A stretch of 51,173 nucleotides of DNA, counting the filler, from Streblomastix strix (Eukaryota), in NCBI GenBank assembly GCA_008636045.1. It is 2 parts of 2 records of this genome, joined end to end, with 100 filler letters (N's around TTAATTAATTAA, not from the genome) between each part and the next. Parts side by side here need not be neighbours in the genome. Positions count along the whole stretch, not along the records: positions 25,662 to 51,173 come from SNRW01000198.1; 1 more part is not named here. The stretch is one strand, 5' to 3'. The first letter of the stretch is position 1; the number at the start of each line of letters is the position of its first letter. A model generated the notes under the pieces. That model saw nothing but the letters and a program-made list of their open reading frames with translations, was not told the origin of the DNA and searched no databases. Positions 38,601 to 51,111 of this stretch are shown in pieces. The translations under genes were made by a program, and so were the position numbers.

Positions 38601-41600
38601 ACTAGGAAGATAATATATCACATGCGATTATACCACAAAACACTAATATTGGAAAGAGTTTATAATCCAAAGCAACAGCAATAATACGAAGAGCAAAATA
38701 GATTAAATCATCCAATTTTATTCATCCAATTTCTCAGAGAACAAGACTTAGAATATCTCGTACACTATTCAGATGCACTTCATAATCAGCTCGTGCAGCT
38801 CTATTTGCATCAACACTACTCGATCCAAGATAACCAACATTCCGTTTTGGTATGCATCCAACACCAACATCGCTTGTTCCACTCCATAAGCCAAGTCCAG
38901 CCAGAGCATAAGCTGCATTGTAGTAACCAGAGAAGATATAAGATATCACTCGCGTATTTGTAGCTGTAATGAAGCAGATGATTTTTGCTCATTATGATCC
39001 AATCCAAGAGAAATTTGGGCTTAATTTCAGCCTTGATATGGTGGATGCAATCTTACGTTTAGCATAGAAGCATTATACTGATAAACACAGGAGAGGAATG
39101 TTGGATAAAATATGCATTGAGTATGGAGAAGGATTTAGAGATGGGAGAATGGTTACATACATAAGTGCAGGTAAAGGTGAAGGTCCGAGTGATATTGCAT
39201 CTAGAAAGGCCAAAGACAATAAAGAAAGAGAAAGGAAAAGGAAAATACGTAAGGAAATGAATATTAAATAGAAAAATAGAAGAGATCCAGACACTGATAC
39301 ATTAATGAAATAAGAGGATGATCCTTCTAGACTTGCAAAATAAAAAGAAGATGAAATAAGAAATATTTTGGATGAATTTGATGAGAAACCCGATAATGGA
39401 TTAGAAAGTGGGTTGACTGATATTGATGAAGAAGATTCATATATTAATGAGGAAGATATTTTTAATGAGAATGATGAAAATATAAATATAGAATTAATAA
39501 AGTAAGATAATCAAAATCAAATTTAAAATTATGGAGAAGATACTGTTTATAAAGCTACAGTACGTGAATAAATATCTGTCTTCTCTCCAAAGGCTAAATT
39601 AAATATTAATTAATGGCAACAGTTAACTCCTGTTGGTTAAACAAATCCATCTAAGTCAAAGAATTCTAAAAAAGAAAAATAATCAATGTCTGATTAAATC
39701 TCAACAAAATAATTATAAAATAACGAACAATTAAAAATTCCTAAAACTTCGACGATTCAAGACCAAGATATTTATAATGGCTATTGGGATACTGAAACTC
39801 CTTAAAACCAATAATAAAATTAATAACAAATTGAAGCAAATAATAAAGTTGTAAATACAACAGATGATGGTTAACCATTCAATTAATATAATGATTCATT
39901 GTCTCAGAAAAGAGCAGTACAATAAGCATTTAATGTTTCTCAGAAACATGCAACTATTTAATAGACAAAAAATACATCTAATAAACATAGTCGTTCAGGA
40001 TCAGCATCATCAGAATCCGATTTGACAAAAAAATAAACATCATTGAAAGTATAATAACGAATTTAAGGAAATGAATAATAAGATCATACATATAAATACC
40101 CAAATGATTCTGTCAAATTTATGTCTTAAGTATCATTGTCTCCTTTATTGTAGAGTATTCCTCATTCTCGGAATGATAGTTCTCCATCCAGATCAAGTTT
40201 AGGTTCATAGTCTTCACATTTGCAAAATAAGGAAGAATTTAGAGATAATAAACGCAGAATTCACAGTCGTTCTACACCCAGAGAATAATTCCCCTTCTCA
40301 AATGAAAAAAGTGAACGAAGATTGGCCAGAGAGTAATAAAAAGCGGAATTAAAAGCCAAGATTCTATAATTAAAAGAAAAAGAACGACAACAAAGAACTT
40401 TTGTAAAGAAAGTGGCGAGGAAGAGACACATTGAAGAAGCAAAAGGAATTGCTGATGATACTCCTGACTATGGTGTAAATGGAGAAGCTGCCAATATGTA
40501 AGGATTACTCTGTGTAGGTGACATTCATGGATCTCTCAATTCTCTTCGTGCTGCACTTGACATTGCAGACAAAATGCTTTCATGTGTTGATGATAAAGAC
40601 AAAGGAGATGATGATGAGGATAAATTGGATGATGCTAAGAATAGAAACACTAAAAAACATAATAAAGGAAACAATGATGATAGTAGTGACACAAGTTCAG
40701 ACAGTAAGAACTATGATGAATTATTAAGTGATTCATCCAGTTCTGATGATGACTCCTAAAAGATTGAGAAACTCAAAAAATAAGCAGAAAAAAGGAATAA
40801 AGAGAAATATGGTCCATAACGTGAAGAGAAGAAGAAGAAACATAAGAGAGATAAAGATAGTGTTCGAAGAGCTGTTGTATTCCTTGGAGATTATGTTGAT
40901 CGTGGTAAGAACTCGCTTGAAGTGATTGTGATGCTGATGTTATATAGATTATGCTACCCTAGAAATGTATTCCTTGTAAGAGGCAATCATGAGAGCTATA
41001 GATCTTTTGATTGGGGCTTCAATGATGAGCTCATGAACAAATTCCCCATTGATGAACATCCTTCTCTATAACAGTAACATTAAGCATATTAACAATAGGT
41101 ACTCAACTTGATATAGACAATGGCAAATGAGAATTCTAGTAGGCCAACAGGGAGATTGACAATAAACAATGGGATGGTCTATGATATGAATGGCAACTTA
41201 ATTGAGCAAATCAAGATCCCACATCCACTCTATTTGAGATTCCTCGAGCTATTCAACAACATGCCTTTGGGTATATTAGTCACATTACGCTATCATCCTC
41301 CTCTTCCAACAATTCCTCATTTTTAGACATTAAATGGAACTAAAATCAATCTTTATAATAATGCCTTAAAATCAGAACTAGGGTTGGAGAAAGATTTTAT
41401 TATGAATAATAACAATAGAGGGAAGAAGGATGAAGGAAATCAATCATAATCCATTCACTCTCCTGAATGTTAATAATTCAATCAATATATCTAATAATGC
41501 GAACAATATGAATAGAAATTGTAAGTCTATCATACTCAGATAAAAGAATACATCTAAAGGTAAAATATTATTCTTTTTAGAAGAAGATAGATTTTTTACA

Positions 41601-44600
41601 ACCAATAAGTTCAATTGAACTAACTTAACAAAGGGCTTCATTCTCAGAAATCAAATGACAATACCAAAGCTTTTAAATCAACTTTAAATTTAAATACTAA
41701 TTAGAACTCCAAAGATGCTTCACCACCACAAGATAAACTTAAAACAGTAGATACTAATCAATAAAATTAATAGTTAGAAGCTGAAATTCCTTTATTGGAA
41801 TAATCTGATACATAATCACAAGATTTTCTCCAGACATAGAAATTATCAGCTACGCAAACACCAGAAATAAGCTACAAATCAATTGATGATGAAAAATCAG
41901 ATTAATAAAATATAAAAGAATCGTCATCTATGTAGAATATATCTGAAGGATCACAAAATGCATAAGCATAAGACAAATAGCTCAAGATGTTAAAGACCCG
42001 CAGCTACATGGATAATGCACCACAGGCCTAATATATCACATCTCCTCCAAACACTCCTCAATAACCTCAAAAACCACATTAATCATCGCCAATGATTAAT
42101 TAAGCTAAGCTCTTATATCCATATCAACCTTAAGAACATGAGTTTTCACCAGATCGCACACCTACTCCAGTTTATATTAATGTAATACCACAGAATGAGA
42201 AATAGAAAAATTAAGCTCGATCACCATTAATTGGAAGAACTTAAATATAGAATTAAAACTAGATTATTTCATAATTCTAACCTCAGAAAAGTGCTTTAAT
42301 AACTTCATCTAGCGCACATTTAAAATAAATTCAATAAAACATGCATGCAATACATTCATATCCACATCGTACAACTTTCATCAACATCTGTCGTGCATGT
42401 GGAACTGCACATATACATTAACGAGAAACTCCAATATTTGGTTTTAAAACATCTGGAACAGATATTGTAGGAAATCTTGAATAAACGCAAACTTAATAAG
42501 AAACAATTTAGGATAAAAGTAACAATATTTTAACTAAAAGTGTTGATGTCTTTACTCCTTCAACTTAAGAAGAAAACAAATTAAATATTTAGGAATAAAC
42601 ACAAACATAACATCCACATCTTAATCATTCAATGTCTCTACCATTAATAAATTATGATGCTTCTGGATAAGGAGACAATTAGATGTCAGGGTTTACTGGA
42701 AGGTTGAAACGTACCCAACCAGTAATAATAAGACTTCTTAGTGATGCATTTTCTTCACTACTCATTGCTGAGCCTGCAAATTATGCAGCAGCAGAATTCT
42801 ATCCTTATCCAACATAATTGAAATTAGGGTAAACAAATCCTGTTTCTTAATCATCCATATCTCAAACTACACAACGAATAAGTGTTAAAATGCCATTAGG
42901 AGCATCTCAAAGCACAAGTTTAACTCCTTAGCATGATTCAACACAAGAGGTATAGTGCCCTGTATGTCATGCATCAACAGCCCAACTTTTCAACACAAAG
43001 AGCAATTTCGTAAGAAATCTTTCTACTCATGTACAGTTTTTCATCACACAACCGCAATAGAAAGAAGAATTACTAAGAAAAGTCAGCACAATTCCTCTTT
43101 ATTCACAATCATAAATTGATAGAGATGATTCAATGCCTCCACCTTCATAATCAAGATCTGTTCATTCAACCCCTTAGAAACAGCGTTCATAATAATCTTC
43201 ATCTTATTCTTAAACAAATTAGAAAACATAATCTTATTTACTACCTGTTGATTCTCAATTAACGCGAGGAGGAGCCGGGTTTATATGTCTTTGTACACAA
43301 TGTTTATAAAAGTTGGCATAACATGTTTAACCAGAGCAATAAAGAAACGAAGGAGCATAAGTTGTTGGAGGATTGTAAAGAAGAGGAACAACCAACTGGG
43401 AAAGATTTGAGAGAAGAGTTGCAAAATTCCAGAAACATGACAGGTAGCGAAGAAAAAGGATAAAAAGGGATGAAAAAATGGCAAAAAAGGAGAAAAATGG
43501 GGAATTAACTAAAGAAAAAGAAAAATTAGTTTAAAACTCAAAACCAACAACTTTGAATTCAATACAACCTCCATAAGGAGTGAAACGTGTACGATAAAGA
43601 ATAGAAGAACTTGAACAGAAATTGAAAGAGTAAAACGAGAAAGAATAAGGATGGAAGAAGTTCAAAACATCCAAAGAGCTTATACGTACAGACACTATAT
43701 CTTCAACTACAACAACAAATTCAAGTGAAGAAACGAGTTCTCCAGTTGATAAGATGTACATTTGTGAGAGCACAAACCCAGAAGATGTTGATAATGAAAA
43801 TGATATTGGAGATATTGATCAGGATAGCATCTCTGATATATCTGATTATAATAGTTGCATTGACTACAATTTAACGAGAAGAAAGTCTGAAATCGATGAT
43901 GTATTCAATACTGGAGTGGATAAATCTTTTGGTAAATTAGGAAATTATGTAATCAATAATGATAAATAAAATTCACGAAAGAAAATGCGTTATTCTTACG
44001 ATGATGAATAATCTGATTTGTTCCCAAATTCATAGAAAAATATTAAATAAAATGTTTCTTCATAATCAAAAACAACTTCTCTGGTAAAGGGTACTGTCGA
44101 CTAGAAAGTAATAAATAACAATCCACATCAAACATCACCCATATTTAGTTCAATTGGAAGAAAGAATGAAAATGAAAAACCACTGATTAGAGAAAGAAAA
44201 GTGAGATTTATATCATCGTCTGGTTATGACGATAAAAGCAGTGAAAGTAGTGAACCTATTGAAGTAAACATACCAGTGCGAAGGAAGAGGGATAGTAATG
44301 TTAATAAACAAAGAAGAAAAGAAAGAAAGATGAAGAAAGAAACGGATAAATAAGATGATGAAGATGATGATGAATAAATAAGTACAACAGAAGATGATCA
44401 GCACCAAGATTCATGCTCTGCACCTGAACTTACACCACATATGCTACCAACCAGGACACATACCCAGCATTATTTGGCATTACATACCATATCACCTAAA
44501 TTCATGACTGTATCACAGAAACAGGAATTTGAAGCTGCAGGTGCTTTGCCATAAAGAGGATTTTAATTGCCATCATTATATTCTTAGACTAATACCAACA

Positions 44601-47600
44601 TACAATAATAAAGAGGAAGAAAAGAAAACAAAGAAAGATAATAAGAATAATCCAAGGAAAAGCTTAAAAGTTAAGTAATTCCACCAACTCCTGCTTTTAT
44701 TGTATCTGGATTGTAATTACTTCACAATCTCTTTTCCATCTACACAACACCTTCTATAATGTATTCTGGTAACACTCAATAAATATCTTCTCTTCTTTCA
44801 CCTACAAGACAACCTATAGACATTTAGCCACAGAAGAAGAAACGACAATCAATATCATGTCCTCCAAGACAAACCCGTGTTGCTCATTGCTGCTTTGTTT
44901 GTGGTAAAGGCAGTATACATGGACAACTTCCACAAAAACATGATAAAAACATTGATAAGTTGAAAGAAGGACAAATTTAGAATTCATAATAGTATATTAT
45001 ACCTTTCGGTCATTTGAATGCATAAATTCCGATGAATTCGCTTGCGACGGGTAAACAAGCAACATTGCAATAATCTCCACAATCCCAACAAAATTCTTCA
45101 CAATTAAAACAGAATATCATATTAAAAGAAGGTCAAACTGTATTGTAAGAAGCAGTAAAACAAAAGTAGAAATAAAATTTAACGATTACAAATCCATTAA
45201 AGAATTAAGGAATCTTTGTTTCACCATTTATGTAAACTGGATCACTTCTCTCACCTTCATTGATAAGATCAAAATAATCAGATTTTAGCCAAAGTTAAAC
45301 ATCCTTAACAGGAACTGGCTAACCGACAGATTCTCAATAGTAAGATTCTGATGCACAACAGCCTCAAGCCAATATAAATGAATATTCACAATATCTTCTT
45401 CCACTAATTGATAATATGACTATCCCATAACTTCCTAATCCTCCACCTCCACTTCCTTAACCTCCACTGATTGATCCACCAATTCCAACTCTCCCATAAG
45501 CACCAATGGTTGAAACAAGGAGAATATTATTGTGTCATGGTGGAATGGCCTCTTTGGTTCCTACTCTCTTTGTTGAACGTGAGCTTAGTCAGCTTCAACG
45601 ATTTGATTATTTCCGACAATGTGAAGATCCAATGTAGAAAGAGTTCAACTTTGGTCATCCACGATCTAGGGAGTAGGATATATAACATACAACATTATGG
45701 GCGGACCCTGGAGATGTGGACTTACCAAATGGAAATAGATGCCCATACAGTCTTGATACATGCAGACGATTTATGGCAGCAAACCGCATTGATATGGTTA
45801 TACGCGCTCATTAGTTTTTCCCTCGTGGGTTTATGACTACACATGAGAACCGAGTTACAACAGTTTTCTCATCATTTGATTACTGTGGACACAATGAAGC
45901 GAGTGTACTTCTTATCAAACTTACACCGCCAATGCAAACTGCAGCGCCTTCTCAAACATCAGCAATGAAACATTTCTAAAGTGTTTCATTCTTTCCAAAT
46001 TCGTCACTTTCATCAAGCTCGTCATATGGACCCTTCATTGGAGTTACTCAAGCTATTAGCGTTCCAGGTGTGCACGCATTGAAGCGAGCTGCCTAACTTG
46101 TACTTGAATATGACCTAGCTCGTCGTGAAGAAGGCGTCTCTCAGCACAAACATGATCGTGAAGTAAAGAGTAATCAACTCTATCGTAAACTGCGGTATAA
46201 GCTTCGAATCAAACGAGAAAATGAAACCCAGCTTGAAAAACGAATGCAAAATCGTCAACATGCTATGTAGAAAAGGCTTGAACAAAATATAGCAGCTGTT
46301 GGTGAACGAATGAATTTAGGTGGTAGTACAGTTGGAAGCAGAATGACTGTATCAACAATTAAATCTGGAAAATCTTAATTAAACAGAAAACAATCAGCTG
46401 AAACACGCCAATAACTTATAATTGAATAAGGAAATGTACAAGGGCCAGTTCAAGAGACATTATAAGTCAAAAGTAAATTGGGAAGAAGGTTAATAGATAA
46501 ATCTAAGCATCTCAGCAGTCCTTCACTCTCTCATAAAAATATACCAAATTCTCCTCCAAACTCGTAACTCATACAATAATATGGAATAAGTGGATAAATT
46601 GGATACGCATCTCCACTTGCTATTACTTTTGGATCAGGTAGTCTTGCAGTATCATCTGAGAGTGGTTAATAAGGATAAAAGATATCAATATCTCCTCCTT
46701 TATCGCCATCCTCATAACATAATACAGTATTTACAGGTCATATATTATTTGATTCACCACCTCCTCCTTATCATTAGATACTTGCATCAAGAAAACTGAC
46801 ATCTCCAATGCTTCTATCTCCAACTGTATCACCAAAGCCAAATAATCAATCTAATATACCAGTTAATCTACTCCAACAGCAATAAAATGTAGGAAACGTT
46901 AATTCTTAGCGTTTCTAACCACCATTTCAGAATCTCAATACTCCATATTCTCCAACTTCACCTATTTTAGCTTCACCTCCTCCATTATCAGATTAATATC
47001 TTTCATTATCAGTCATTCAACAGATGCCACCTGTTAATTATGCACAATCATTATATTCTGCATTTTCTTCTTCTTTTGGTGAAGATAGCAGATCTTTTAC
47101 ATCGGAAAGTTTTGGAGATGTTGAAAATTATTAGGATAACATAGAAGTTAATGAAAATATGAAAAATAAAGAAAATAGTTCTGGAGAAAGTCTATAGAAA
47201 TTAAATTTAACGTCATCCAGTGCACTAATTCCTACCCAACTCAGAGGAACTTAAGTTCAAGATCCAAATGAATAATCAAAGTAAACAGAATAAGATAGTC
47301 TTAATGTTAACAACTCATAATCGCCTCAATTAATAATAACACCACCATAAACATAAAAACCCGCACTGGGATCAAATCTATCAACTGATTCATCACCACC
47401 AACTATTATTGTAGATGGAGGACGTGCTCAGATGCAGTAAGATTCTCCATCATAAACGAAGGATACGGATCATCGATAACGAATATAAATCCAAAAATTG
47501 ATTGATAAAGGAAAGATTAGACATCCAGGATCACCATAATATCGCCCTTAATTAGCAACAAGCGAAGTTTAATAGTTTGAAAAGAATCATAATCAGCTTC

Positions 47601-50377
47601 TTGCTATTGTTGGTAAATGGACCGACTAAGTGGTAATTCGTTGGGCTCAAGTTGATAAATGGAATGCAAATCTGAAGTATTATCTTATTAATTAAATGGC
47701 AAGATATCCGCTTCGTTTCCAAATATAAGCTCTTCCTCCACTTGTAAGGAACTTATTAGTTCCTTTAGATTCATCCAGCTCCTAGATTTTGCCAAGTTTG
47801 AATGTCTACAATGGGAGAGACAACATACATCCATTGTGTGTATTAGACTGTGTAAATAGACCTTCTGCTTTGTCTTTGAGTCTTATTGGCCTGCATGAAC
47901 TGGCTGAGGTATAACCTATGGGAATAATTTTAGCCAGATTGCACGATTCATAAATTTAATATGGAAAATAGAAACAAAAATCAATCAAACCTTTGCACGA
48001 TTCTAAATCTACAATATCAGGCACGGATTAAAAAGTAATTTTTCAACAACATCAAAAACCTACAATGGTGAGACAAGGTTCAAATATCAGTGAGAAATAA
48101 AAGCTATAATCAACTGTTTAGAGTAATATTGGAACACCTCCACTCATTATGTAATCTCCAGGATCATTAAACTTTGCATCAATATACAGCCCTGTTTTCT
48201 CATAACAAGGTTGGTCAATGCTTCCCAACACTCCATCATCTCTTAAACCTCTTTTTAATGCTGTTCAAACTTCCCATTTCTCTCCACAGATATATCCATT
48301 GTCCCCAAAGAATCCAAAATCGAACATTTTCTCTTCTTTTGCAACAATAATGCCACATGTTTAATAATAACAGTAATAATACCATGCATAATCTCCAGTT
48401 GGAGAATAATCACTTCCTTTATAATCAATATTACATAAGTAAAAGCATAATTAATTATTGGCTCAAGGAAATGCTTCATAATAAGAATTCACCAAATAAG
48501 AGACAAATATTGCATAGAATATTCGTAAGAAATCATCATCATAAGTAGTCCTTGATCATAATTATCTTGATATAAATTAAGCAAACATCCATAATGCTCA
48601 ATCTTCAAAGTCTTTATTGCAAAATTCCACATCTCCGAGTGATGAAAATGTATAATAACAAATTCAAACTGGACAATCAAATCAAGATGGATCTTTGTTG
48701 AATTAAAATTAATTGAATGAATAACATTCACTTCAACATTAATCATTCCCAACTAATCAATATTCAATTCATCCCATAGCATTTTCAACACAAACATAGG
48801 ACACGAGCATATAATACTCAATACCAACTTCATCAAATTCACCTTCAGTTTCACCTTCAATTTCATCAGATACTTCACACACACAATCTCAATCTACTCA
48901 GAGTGCATAATTCATATAATATGCACCACTTGTTCCATGTACTTGCCCACCTCCATGCAATTGTGGGTGTGCATGTGGATGTGGTGCTATTTCTGGATTG
49001 GCTGCAAATAACAGTGCAAGTATGTAAGGTGTTGATATTAGAGGAAGAGGAAACCATGAATTGATTCATAAATCAGGATGTATTCATGGGTAAGAAACAA
49101 CACCTATGGCTGCTCTGCTCACAGTTGATGTTCTTTAATATGGTCCACTTTGCCAAATGGAAACAGTTTTAGCTGAATAACGATAAAAGAAAGCAGAATC
49201 TGATGAGAATATGAGATAGGAATTAGAAGAAGAGGAGTTTGGCGATGTATCAAGTGATAAGGAGGATGTTTATCCTATGAAAAAGGGTCAGATTAACAGA
49301 TACTATTTAGGAAAGAAAAGACATGTCAAAGATAACACACTCAAGAATGAAGAGAAAATATAACAGATTATTGAGATGAGAACTGAAAGACGTAAGAATA
49401 CATTGAGTAATGCGTGTAATAAAGAGCGCACAGAAGGAGTTGATGTTGAAAGGAGGATATTACGAACTGAAAGAGTCAGGTAATAACGAATGGAAAGAGA
49501 AAGGGAACTTAGACATCGCGAATCTGGGCGTATTTTAGATATATTACTGAACATGCGTGCATGTAGTATTGAAGAAGCTGAATAGAAATTGAGCCATAGA
49601 AAAGAGAAAAGGAAAATAAAGAAGCAGAAGAGTCTTATTAGTTTATAGGAAGGTTCAACATCAGTTATCAGTGATGCATAAAATGGATTTATGAAGAAAC
49701 TGGAAAATCAGCAGGAAGAGGAAAGTAGAAATGAAATGCACCTTCATCATGCTCAAGAAAGGCTAACTGGTGCTTATGGTGTTGCATGGGTGGCTGAACT
49801 CAATGAAAGATTAGGAGAAGTCTGCCAGCGTATATTACGAGATGAAAAGATCATTCGCCAACTTTAAATTGTAAGACAAAGATCTAACAATTCTTAAAGT
49901 GGATAAATAGTACCAGAATAAAAATCTAAATTATATCCAAATACAAAAGCATAGAACACTCTCTCATTCACAAGCTTACAATTAGATAGGTTAAAGGAAA
50001 TAGGCGATATTGAAAACATTGATGATATTGATCTTGGATTGGGTGAGATGAGCTCAAGTGAATTAGAAGAAGATGAATTTGATGATGATGAGTCTGAAGA
50101 TGAGAGTAGTGATGAATCATACTCGTATAATGAAAACCCATAAAGTATGATGAGTACAAGCACATTCACAGATGATCATTCTAGCTACATCAGCCATCAG
50201 AGCAAATCAGGGAAATTGAAAAGTGTGAATAAATATTAACAATCAGACATACGAAGCCAGAGAAGTGGAAGTACTGGTTATGAGACTGGAAGTCAAGATT
50301 CTGATAAAATGATACATGATATTGATGAAGATTTAGAAGATGGAGCTGAATATAATAATGATCAAGGAAAGAAATGA
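26644..50377 (+). CDS. Giant (~7,890 aa) PPP-family Ser/Thr protein phosphatase with a split catalytic domain; exons 26644-26670 and 26720-50377
   Basis: One frame is open in code 6 for ~23.6 kb, ending at TGA 50375-50377. Motifs: GDIHG 40517-40531, GDYVDRG 40886-40906, RGNHE ~40979-40993, FNNMPLG ~41250-41275, LCHGG 45530-45544, LWADP ~45695-45709, IRAHQ 45800-45814, TVFSSFDYCG ~45860-45889. Confidence 0.88.
26671..26719 (+). other. Spliceosomal intron (49 nt, phase 0)
   Basis: GTTTGT...TATTTCAG. It joins MNKHGVTNT (frame 1) to QHHSAKKRRPS (frame 2); frame 2 has a TGA and no ATG just upstream. Confidence 0.7.
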
Positions 50378-50686
50378 AAATGGAAATGAATTGGAAAAAG
50401 TTGGGAAATTTTATGTATTTACAGATTAAAATTATTTTGTTTTTTTCAGTAAGTAAGTAATTTGGTCATATACAATTTTTATGCTCACTTCTTACATCTT
50501 AACTATAAATATAAAATATATAGTTGATGTAATTATTAAAAATGAATTGATTTTGTATTTATTTTGCTTGTACAAAAATCATATGATAGAAAATAAACTA
50601 TTTATAGATAAATCGAAGTGGACAAAATAATTTATAACAAAAACGTGTAAGAGATTAAAAAATATATATTTACAAAGTTAGTGAAG

Positions 50687-51061
50687 TCATTTCTTATTTC
50701 TGGTCTTCGTTTTCCATTAGAGCCCTCTGTCTAATGGGATGGGATTGTTTGCAAAGTAACCTTTTGTCTTTAGTCTGACTGCAGCAGGAGAACTGATGTC
50801 GCTCTGGTAAATAGTCCATTCTTCGTCTCCATTGTAAGGTCTAGGCCATGTCCATTATGACACATCAGCATTAGGTCCAGAAGCTATACCAGAATATCCC
50901 TTTGTAGCACCTCCAATATACCTCTTGGGAATAAGCTACAGTTTAATCTTCTCATTCTCATATATATCACGATCTCTCATATGCTACTATTGCACAGTGT
51001 ATCCAAAGCTTTCATCACTGTGATGTGGGTTGTGTGGATCTTCATAACTATACTGATATTC
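50687..51061 (-). CDS. C-terminal ~124 aa of a hypothetical protein, convergent with the phosphatase; 5' part lost at a chimeric junction
   Basis: Code-6 frame EYQYSYEDPHNPHHSDESFGY...GGATKGYSGIASGP...QWTWPRPYNGDEEWTIY...LQWKTKTRNKK-TGA. Confidence 0.7.
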
Positions 51062-51111
51062 AGCAGGAAGAGGAAAGTAGAAATGAAATGCACCTTCATC
51101 ATGCTCAAGAA
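51060..51111 (+). repeat. Exact 52-bp direct copy of 49708-49759
   Basis: TCAGCAGGAAGAGGAAAGTAGAAATGAAATGCACCTTCATCATGCTCAAGAA occurs at both positions. Confidence 0.95.

Noticed and set aside
41285..45515. The phosphatase insertion as an intein or mobile element
   Set aside because: No N-terminal Cys/Ser or C-terminal His-Asn followed by Cys/Ser/Thr at the boundaries, and no endonuclease or transposase motifs. Its composition matches the rest of the protein.
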